In this document: positions 40,327-49,997 of the stretch, piece after piece
Position numbering within the stretch: the stretch's first letter is position 1
How the letters are laid out: each line of letters starts with the position of its first letter
DNA from: Takakia lepidozioides
Taxonomy: Eukaryota; Plantae; Bryophyta
Reading direction: 5' to 3'
Assembly: GCA_030704615.1 (NCBI GenBank)
Contig: CM060731.1
Coordinates: forward strand, 14,012,001 to 14,076,000
Length of the DNA stretch: 64,000 bases
Translations under genes and position numbers: made by a program
Notes under the pieces: model-generated
What the model saw: only the letters and a program-made list of their open reading frames with translations
What the model was told of the DNA's origin: nothing
Databases searched by the model: none

Positions 40327-43300
40327 CTACCCATGTGTTGTATCCCGCTGCAAAAGAGTATCGACCTCGTTGAAACTCATAGTGGCCTGGTGAATGAAGT
40401 TGTCACGTTTGGGATCGCAAACCATCCTCCTCAAAAATATGAAATACAAATGTTTGCAGGGTATGAATTTACCTCTCTTGCCCAAACTGGTTGATAGCAT
40501 ATTCACAAAATCAGGACATGTGCAATTGGGGAAATTGGAAACCGTGATGTCGTAGGTCCTGTCATGAACAGCAGATGTGGAAGTGATGATTGTGAATACC
40601 CGACCATATCCTGGATCGGGTACTTCCGTGGTGCTTCCGACACGAGCTTGGAGCATTCTTGCGGACTCCACTTTGCCAAAGTGTTCAGCGGTTGGAGGGA
40701 AACGCCGAACGAGCTTTCCATCTCGTTTGGTTGGCCACAAGTCAGGATTTGCCGGGGGGACCCGGGAGGACGCAGGAGTAGTAGCACATGCATGGAGTTG
40801 GGGTTGTCTCGCAAGGGAAAAACCTGCCTCCTCCAGCATTTCAATCTCCTGAAAGCTGAGATGTGTTCCCACCTTCACGGGCCAAACGGTTGGAGGAGAT
40901 GGCTTCATCACTACGGAAGGACGCACAGTTCCATGCACACATCTGGCACAATCATCTGCGCAGAACCAGAACTTGTGGTTCTTGGCTTCTGGTTGACCGT
41001 ATGGACGCATCAAGCCCGTGAAAGTCGGAGCAGGAGTTCGGGCACCACCTCTGGATATAGATGAAGTGCACTTCTCGAAATTAGTTGCCCTGATCGCTGT
41101 ACATTTCACACGAGACCCGACACTTGTGCGTTCTATGTGCCAAACGTGGTCGGGGCATGCGGACTCAAGCACATCAAGGGGGTTGTTTCTCTCCTGCACC
41201 ATTTCAGTGGCACGGTTTGATGCTGGAGCTTGCCGTCGTGTTGGAGGTTCCTCCACAATGGAGGTACCGGACACGGAGCTGTCATGCAGGGGAACACGAG
41301 GCTTCGAGAAGTTATCACGGTCTGCCCTGTGGGAATCTGAATCCGAACCAGGTGGAGTGTTCAATTTCCTCTTACAGGAGCCGAATCTCTCCTCCCCTTC
41401 AAGATGTGGAACTCTAGAAACAAGTGGCGTTCCCTGGGCATACATGCTCACCGCCCGTGCTATCTTGATTGGATCCCCAGATCTGTTTGCAGCACGCAAC
41501 ATCAACTCTGATTTGTCCGGACCCTTGCCACCAACCCCACCTCGTAAGAAATCACGGTATCGGGTTTGTTGTTGCAAGGCACGTATCAAATCATCTGTTG
41601 TTGCCACATACAAATCCCGACCTCTTTTCCCAGACTGCTGCAACCATGCATTGTGCACAGTTTCTGCCAAATTGCAAGATGGCATGTCTGCCATTTCCTC
41701 AATGGACATGTTCTGCAAAGAGGATAACCACACTTCAGAATAGTGCACAGGAAACAACATAAAGAAAGCAATGAGTCAAAAATATGGAAAGCAAATGTAT
41801 GAATAAAGCATGAAATAGAAGCCTCGTACCATTGTCATGGCTGCTCCCCACTGTCTATACCGGAAGTGCCAAAACGCCAGCCAATCTTCCAATGCTCTCA
41901 TACTCTCAAGTGATGCAGCTCCAGAAGAGAACCACCAGGCACGAATTGTCTGGAACAAAGTGTCCGCCTCCTTCATTGTTCTAGCATCTTTGTACTCTTT
42001 GCACAATTTACGGTGCTGAGTCTGCATCTCTGGTTTGATGTCCGACTTTGTATGTTTTTCCAGAGATTGTGTCCAATGGAATAGACATGTACGCTCTCTT
42101 CCTGGCATAGGCACTTTTGGGTCGCCCGATCCGAAGACAATACGAATAGCATTGAAATTTGCTTGAGCACTATCCGCCATGAAACCTGCGAAATTTGGAG
42201 ATGGCAGCCCATGGCAGCCCATGACACGTATCAGGGAATTCCACATGAGCTTCTGGGATTCCGTATCCTCGGATTGCATGTCACAAACTGCAATTGTCAT
42301 AACTCGTTGGTACACTGGATCGTAGACATGACAAGCCATTGTCGTCCAATCCTTCACTCGTTTCACATGATCAAACATAAGAAAACAGTTCTGCAAGTCC
42401 CCAGTCTTCTGCATCCGCTTCACGAGGCTAACCCCACTGCCCTCCCCAACAGTCGACATTTTGAAAAGAAAAACTTTGATGGCACCTTGACCTGGGAATA
42501 CATTGTCCTGGATGTAATCGTACTTGCTCAGTCGTTTCAATTCCAAAATATTGTCTATGTAGCCTCTGATCCCAGAGCCCATTCTCAATGCATTGATCTG
42601 ATGCCGAATGTTAGGTGAACTTAAAGTGGAGAAATGATCCATGACCAGGTCCAATGCTGCACCGTCAAGTTTAGTCCCCACAGAATCTCCTTCACTCAAA
42701 ATATGGCTTTCCAAGAAGGACTTGCTTGCGCCAAGAGCAATTGCAGATGTTGTTGCGGATGGGTTTCTCCCGAACTCCTGTTTGATCAACCTCGATACTG
42801 TCTCAACACTCTCCCTGTAATCCCCCTTCGAGACAGGATGGTTATGGAATCCAAAATGCACACAAGCTCTCGTCATTGTATTCAAACGGTGGACAACATA
42901 GTACATTCTTGCTCCGCAGAGCGCCACGCAGGATGGCACAAGTTTGCAGAATTTGCAGACGAAAGTGTTTGCCGGTGGAGGGCAGTCCCAGGCTGAAATG
43001 GATTCTCCGCCAGACCCTCCCATTCGCTTTGATTATGAACTCCAGACTGAAGAAAGTGTCTGCAATTCAAATTATCACACCTAAGGTGTCCATTGCAAAC
43101 TGTCCTCCTGAAAACAAGCTTGTCATCATTCTGAATATTGGATGTTTTTGTTCTGCACCACGGGTGCCCGTCGTGTTTCTTGTCCATTCCATGCATCATG
43201 ATTGTTACACCTCCAACTCGCGGAGGAGGAGGCAGCTCGAATAGGATATCGCCATCAAAAGTCTCCGGCAAGAACTTCACAGGCACCTGCTTCAAAGATT

Positions 43301-43840
43301 CCCAATCAATTCCCCGCAACTCGCTTTTGAATCCAGCCATTCCTCCCATCGCCCGCAATTTTGGAATGACACTACAAATCTCTTCTTCATCAGCTTCTGC
43401 AACCACAGTAGGAAGGACTGGATTTGGAATTTCACTTATGTCATCATCGGAAGAATCCGAAAGCTCAACGATTGGAGTGGAGGAAGTCTGTTCTTTTTTC
43501 ACCACCACCTCCCTCTTGTCTTCAACGACCGAAGCAGCAGTCCCGGGCGTCACATATGACCCAAGGGACTTTTTCTAGGCTCTCCAAGTACTCTGTATCG
43601 ACCAGGACGCACTCTCCACTGGCTGATATGAGCCGTCTCATCACGGTTTTGGAAAGAATATTTCACCAACTTCCCTTTCATATCGTAAACCTCTTTCTCC
43701 AAAAAGATGGAGCCATTCTGCAGCTGAAAACGGGTAGCCAAGACATGTTCCAGAACAATTGCAAATCCATTGTCAAGGACTTCCTGGGAGAACGGCACTG
43801 GTTTGTCGTCTGAGAAGAACTCCGCTTCAGAGGAAGCCAT
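40327..43840 (-). CDS. MULE-type DDE transposase with N-terminal GCM/WRKY-like Zn domain and C-terminal SWIM finger (~1130 aa; two 1-bp frameshifts in this assembly)
   Basis: DGHPWCRTKTSN..CNGHLRCDNLNC..CKFC..C..HNHP (GCM-like); LMFDHVK, FMADSAQA, CLFHW, NLAETVHN (D, D, CxxH, E); CTCPDF..CKHLYFIF (SWIM). Intron 41713-41829 (GT-AG, phase 0). Frameshifts near 43570 and 42988. Confidence 0.8.
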
Positions 43841-44690
43841 CTTCCTTCCTCGAGTATGTTTGTACCTTGCTATCGCAGATCTAGTGTAAATCGGTTTACT
43901 GCTGTCTCCAGAACACAGTTGAAGAATGAGCAGAGCATATGGCGGAGGAAGCGAAGATAACGACTGTGCATATTCTGTTATTCATTCCAGATATGCAGCC
44001 GTCCATTTTAATTACTTTTCTTGTGGGCCCAGTGGTCAGAGAATCCATAGGGGCAGTGTCGGAAACTGTTAAACCGTTAATCAGAACCTCATCAATAAAC
44101 CCAATAACAAAGCCGACTTCCTGGAAGCATGCCACAGGATCCGAGAATGGGATTGCAGATTAAGTAAATGTATCTATATACTACTACCAATGATCATGCG
44201 CACCTGGAAAGTTCCAAATGTGCAACGAATGTGGATGGATAACAAGGATGACCTTGTATGATATTCCAAAATTTGTCATCAAACTCTCGTTCATTTATAT
44301 TTATTTGTTTAAGAATGCGCATCAATTTCTGGGATTCGCTGTTCTTTTTAAATATTGAACCAGTTATAATTTAGAACACGCCGTTTTGTTTTGGGCGGCA
44401 CACGTCAGACATCCATAACTGAATACGAACAGCTGTACACCAATTGTTGGCATGTGCACTAATATCGAAACGACTATGTGTAACGGTCACGCGGGAGGGA
44501 ATCCGATGCTTCTAGAGACAAGCAAGAACACAGGCAATCCCGCAAGAAATCGGGAGTCACTGCGTTTTTCTACTTTTCGCGCTTAGAGGGAGAGTGGTAG
44601 TCAAGCTGGAGAGGGTTCCTTCTAGAATACGAAAGAGAAGAAAGTCTCTTTATTTTACTTCCCTTAGAGAGAGACAGAGCAAGAGAGAAA

Positions 44691-47600
44691 ATGACGAGGC
44701 GTCGTTTGTTGGAGAACACAGGGCCAAGGCAGCAGGTGAACGCGGAGACTGATTCACAAGAGCAGACGGAAACTGAGGCAGCGGCTGCGACACAGCCGGC
44801 GATAAGAGTGCGCCAGCCTGTGGAGGCAGAGATGAATCGCAGGGACACTGAAGAAGGTGGAAGCACGCGGAACGCCGAACCTGAAGAAGGTCAAGAAACC
44901 CTTGCGCAGACAGAAACTCCAGCAGATGTGAGAGGGAAGAGGAAAGCTGCAGAAGGGGATCAAAGTTCAAAACCTAAGAAGGTGCCAGTAAGTTTTATCA
45001 TATTGTCTATGTGATTGCCTTTCAAGGAGTCCTTCCTCTTCCATTCTTTAGCAGGAACTACTGAATCGCGAGCGTCGTTAACGCCATTCGATTCTGCTTA
45101 TGACATTTATGTACATATGTGTTTGAAGAGAGAGTCTGCACTTACTATCCGCCCTAAACTACACTGAATGTCGTTGCCGCCAATCAGTTGCACATGTATG
45201 TCATTACACAACACCGATCCGGCAGGTCGTTATCTTTTGTGATTGTCGTTAACGCCGTTCGCTATTGCTCTCGCTTTTGTTTTGAATACGACAGTCTCGG
45301 CTTTCTTGTGTGGATTGTGCTGAATTCTTTCACACCATTCATGGTGAGTTTCCTTGATACAGAGTGATGGTCGTTACCGCCATTCACTATTTGCAAATGA
45401 CTTACTCAGAACTGAATGGCATCGTGCAGAAAACTGTGAGGTCGAAGCCTACAGGATCAGAGGGGAAAGGATCTGGAGATGGGGACGAGTCCGCAAAAAG
45501 CTCAGAGAATACAGATGAAGCAGATGAATCCGAAGTGCACTACCTTGACAAGGTGAAAGAACTAATGTCATTCCAGAAGGTAAACTCTCAGGAGGTTATA
45601 AGGGACATGCTCGTATCTGGAGGGCGTCTGGACATACCTCTGTGCCGGATGATATCAATGCCTGTTGTGCGTCCACCTCTTTCCCACGACATAACAAAAT
45701 TGGAGAGTGATTTTGTGCATGGATATAGACTTGGTGCACAAGTTTTTTATGTGTCACTGACGGATATAAATGGGAAAAGCACATTAGTTTCTCCAGAGAT
45801 CAGTGACAACTGGGATGAGTGCTGGAAAGATGCCAATGAGGAGTTCGAGCTGGGCCTCATGATGGGAAAGAACACCCAGCAATTTTGCAACCACATGTTC
45901 TACGTCTGGGACGGCAACCACCGATTGCTTGCATGGATGGGATACATTCAGAAACACCATTCGAAAGACAAAGACAAGCATGTTGCTGTGGAGGCAATGG
46001 TTTTGGATCCAGGAAACGACATCGCTAGGCTTCTTACAGCTATGCACGACGTGAACAAGTAAGTCATCCAGGAGATTTGATTCCCTCTGTAGTGTCTTGT
46101 TGATCCTCAAAAAACAGTGTTAAGGAATGCAATGTTTTCAATGTTTTTGCAGATCGACAGAGAAATCGCATGTGACAACAAGCTTGGTTCACACACTATT
46201 CCGAATTCAGAGGATTGGTCTGATGAAGCTGGATGATTTTCGGACAGTACTACCACCCAATATCATCAAGAAGTGCGAAACAGGAAGAGCTGCAGGCACT
46301 TGGTATTCTTTGACACGAGAGGCGTTTCTGGAGTACATGTATGCGGTAAGCCCGAGTCTGTACTCTGTTTACTTTTCGAATACATGTTTAGAGTCCCTTC
46401 GGAGCTAATCACTACTTGAATGAATGCAGCAAGAACTGGCAGAGGCAGCTGAGAAGGGAAAATCCGAATATTACCGCACTACACCAGAGGAACTAAGGAC
46501 ATCAAAGGGTGTGGAAGCTGCAATAAAGAAGGAGTTTGAGATGCGAAGAACCAAATTGATGTCAGCCTTCGGAAAGCAGCTTAGAATAGTAGATCCTGGA
46601 CTTGGTCCTGAGTTCCTTCAGCAGATCAAAACACACTATGACAAGCATGTGCATCCGGAGATGCAGCAGGAGAAATTGCACCGGCTGGCCATATCGATGG
46701 TCGACCCACAAACAAAAATAAGGTGGCTGGAGATATGGAACTCAGATCAAACAGTAAAGGACTTGAATCAGTTCCCAAAGAGCACCATACAGCCTGGCAC
46801 AAAGGTGGAAGGAATCAGTGATTTGGTGTTTGATAACTGGCTCCACAAGGCTACATTTTGGAGTCAGGTGTGTATTCGAACATGCTGTTTCTTATCTTCA
46901 AGTATGTGATGTGTTTCTTTTTTGCAATTCTGACAAATATTCTATTTGCAGCTGGAAAAGCGCGCCGTCATTGTGCTGGATCAGACTTTGAAGGACCTGA
47001 ACATTGCGATTGTTTCCCCTCCCCAAATGTCATTGGAGGCATACATAAGGAAGTGGAGAGGTCTCACGTGGAGATACTGTTTTTTCCGGGAGTTCTCCAA
47101 AGATGGTAACATTTTACGGTCCAACGACTTTGACAGTCAGGTTGGAGGAGAGTGGGCCATGATGCGAGTTGTGTACAGGTGAAATGTCATACTTGAAACT
47201 CTACTGTTTTTTTGGGAAAAATTGTGGCTTCATATGGATTGCAATCTTAGATCCAGATTGAATGTCGTTGACGACATTCACTTCTTTGTCTGAGTCATTC
47301 TTAAGCGAGTATATGAATTCACCTGGTTAGGATCTAAGGGTGCAATTATATTGTCCCTGAGTAGAATTGATAATGTCCTTGAATGGCGTTGACGACATTC
47401 ACATACGGAGATGTTGTGTGGTCCTCAAGGTTATTTAAATTTTTGTAATGTCCATAGAGGATACAATGAGGGTTGATCACTTCATTTTGCTGAATGTCAA
47501 TGCAGACATTCAGTTGTTCTGCATTGTTTTTTCCTCTTGCGATGAATATGGAGGCTTCATAAGCTCTGTTTTAAGAAATCCAAAGTGACTGTCGTTGACG

Positions 47601-49997
47601 ACATTCACAGCTGTGTCTGTATTATTAAAAAACGACAAATTCAATTTTCATGGATTGGGGAGCTAAGTAATTGGTTTCTTTTTTGTATTTTTGTGAATGG
47701 CGTTGACGCCATTCACATACAGTGATGTTGTGAGGTCCTCAGTGATAGGTTCGTTATGAATGTGCATTGAGTTTTCCTGGTTGGTTCCTTACTCAATTTT
47801 TTTATTTCCACCCTGTGATTTTGCTTCATTTCAGTAATAATTTGGCTTCATTCTTGAATGTCGTTGACGACATTCACTTCTATGTCTGTGTCATTTCTAA
47901 TCGCATATTTGCTTTCACCTGGATTAGGATGTATTTACAGTGTCATGGAATGGAATGTTCTGAATGGCGTTGACGACATTCATATCTGGAGCAGTAGTGT
48001 GGTTTTGAAAGGTCCTTGGAGCAGTTGTCAGAGCCATTTGTATCCATGTTTTATTCTTTCTGTTCTACTTGCATCTTTCTCACTGAGCGCTTTTGTGTGT
48101 TGGGATTCATCTCCTTTTTTCAGGTACACGAAATATGTGCTTATGGAAGGAAATCACCTGAGCGGAATTCCCGACTATCTTGACATGTGGTCGGACCCTG
48201 CAAACGATCCAACCATGTATACTGCAGGGATATTGAAGGACTGGAGTCCTTCTCACTTCAGAGACTGTGGGTGGTACCTTGACTGCCCACCTGAGCACAC
48301 GACCTTTCAAGAACAGCATATGAAATACTTGAACAATAACGCTGAGATGCTGGCGCCTTTGACTGACGAAGAGTATCAACGAAACATTGCAACCTTGGCT
48401 GCCAAGGAGCCTGATGCTCAGGGAACGCCGCAGAAGGGAAAGAAGGCGGGCCGCAAACCAAAAGACAAGGCTGTTGATGTCATAGCCATCTCACCAGCAA
48501 AGCCAAAGGAGAAAGACAAGTCCAAAGAGAAGGAAAAGGACAAGGGGAAGGAGAATGAAAAGGAGATGGAGAGTGGGCAGGACTTTAGTGCTGGAAGATA
48601 TACCCGCACTCTTCAGTGCGTGTTCGATGCCAAGCCACACCCTTCCCGTTCTGATTCAGCAGGAGAGATGAAAATTGTTAATGAGGGTTGGCTTTCGATG
48701 ATGCAGAGTCGAAAGAGAGGATACACTGGGGTGCCATCCCCTACCTGGGACAATATAATCTCATTCCTCAATCTGGTGAGAATTCCACTTTCTTTCCTTT
48801 TTCTCTGAATGTTTCGTTGGCAGTATTTCAGTCTCGTTCTTTGAAAACATTCTTGCCATCGTTCTTATAAAAAACATGTCTGTTGCAGGTGAGCACAGGT
48901 CCCACCTTCGTGTGCGGTGTGCAGAAAACTTATGCGGCCGACATTGTCATTCTCGACATCCCGGATGGCCAGGCTATGCCAGAAGTTCTTCCAAAGGGCA
49001 AGACGCCAGGGTGGAACAAATTCGAGGACAACTACTGGAGTTGGGTATTCGGGTTCTGTAACAATTTCCTCTCTGATGCAGGGACACTTCTGCTTTTTCA
49101 GTCATGTGACAATGATAGTCGTCGGGCATTGGCATCATACCTCAAGTCTTCAGGGTTTGAAGTTTTGCGCACATGGAATTGTGTGAACAGCCTCTACCTT
49201 GTGAAAGGGGGTTTCCCTGGTCAGCTGGTATGCCGTCTGCCTTCTGCTTATGCTTTGATCATGAGTTTCAATTTTCTCTGCAGCTCCACTCGAGTAGAAT
49301 GTTTTATGATCGACACCGATCATCAACGATTCATGATTTTTTTGTGTCAGAGTTCTGAATAGCCGATGTACACACTTCCACTTTAGATTGTGTTTACCAC
49401 ACTAACCTGCTATCTTTGGCAGACGAGGATGTTCGAGGCGATCTGCCTGCGGAGGATTCGCACATCAAAGACACCATCCTCCATCCGCAGCTTTGAGATT
49501 TCTGACCAGGGTTGTTTCGTCAACCCCCCCTATGAGCCCCATGTCGATGACATTTTGTACAACTTCATGCAGTCCAGTCAGACTCTGAAGAGACCAGATG
49601 GCACTCCCTGGAGAGGTGCAAAGGAAAAGTCACCAGCATTCATGCAAATACTGCTGGAGTCATGCAGCCACCGCTCTGCACGGGTGGTCGATCTTTCTGT
49701 GTCCACAGGTTCGTTTTCTCCCTTCCGAATTGGTTTCCTTTCAATAGTTTCATCTGCTTAAATCCCCTCCTCCAAACTGCTTATGTTCTCCTGTCTGGTG
49801 CAGGAGCAACTTACCACGCATGCAAGGCAGGCGGAAGAAGCCTTTTTGGTATGGAGGGTGATTCTGACCTCTACAACACAGTGCTCCTCCCCCTTTTGTC
49901 TGGCTCCACTTCAGGCACACAGACTGATCGTATTCATATTCGAAATGATGACGATCCCGAAGATAAGCAGGTCGACAACGACTTTTCATGTGAGTAA
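44691..49997 (+). CDS. Transposon cargo gene: ParB/Srx-like domain plus beta-class (N6A/N4C) DNA methyltransferase-like domain, ~1084 aa, 9 exons
   Basis: Exons 44691-44987, 45430-46058, 46153-46345, 46430-46867, 46952-47178, 48124-48775, 48889-49227, 49423-49708, 49804-49997: all GT-AG, phase-compatible, 3255 nt, no internal stop. Motifs IPLCRM..VRP..FYVWDGNHRLLAW (ParB/Srx); ADIVILDIPDG..FLSDAGTLLLF..KEKSPAFMQILLESCS..VVDLSVSTGATYHACKAGGRSLFGMEGD (MTase motifs IV..X-I-II). Confidence 0.78.
45065..45386. repeat. Four degenerate copies of the 22-bp palindrome in intron 1 of the cargo gene
   Basis: gcgtcgttaacgccattc (~45072), tgaatgtcgttgccgccaatca (45165), tgattgtcgttaacgccgttcg (45240), tgatggtcgttaccgccattca (45365). 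Confidence 0.65.
47259..47982. repeat. Array of seven 22-bp palindromes TGAATGKCGTTGACGMCATTCA in intron 5 of the cargo gene
   Basis: Copies start at 47259, 47380, 47491 (degenerate core), 47586, 47694, 47855, 47961; periods 95-161 bp. Confidence 0.88.

Noticed and set aside
41018-41743. 241-aa plus-strand ORF and similar overlapping ORFs
   Set aside because: Antisense shadows of the transposase with no recognisable motifs.
40327-43840. KDZ/Zisupton assignment because of the SWIM finger
   Set aside because: The D..D..CxxH..E pattern and the 9-bp TSD fit the Mutator superfamily better.
47259-47982. CRISPR array
   Set aside because: Spacers are 73-139 bp and partly homologous to each other (higher-order duplication), there are no cas genes, and the array lies in a spliceosomal intron.
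49515-49535. FVNPPY as the MTase catalytic motif IV
   Set aside because: It falls in the variable region between motifs VIII and X of the beta-class order; the positional equivalent of motif IV is DIVILDIPD. A structure model would be needed to reconsider.
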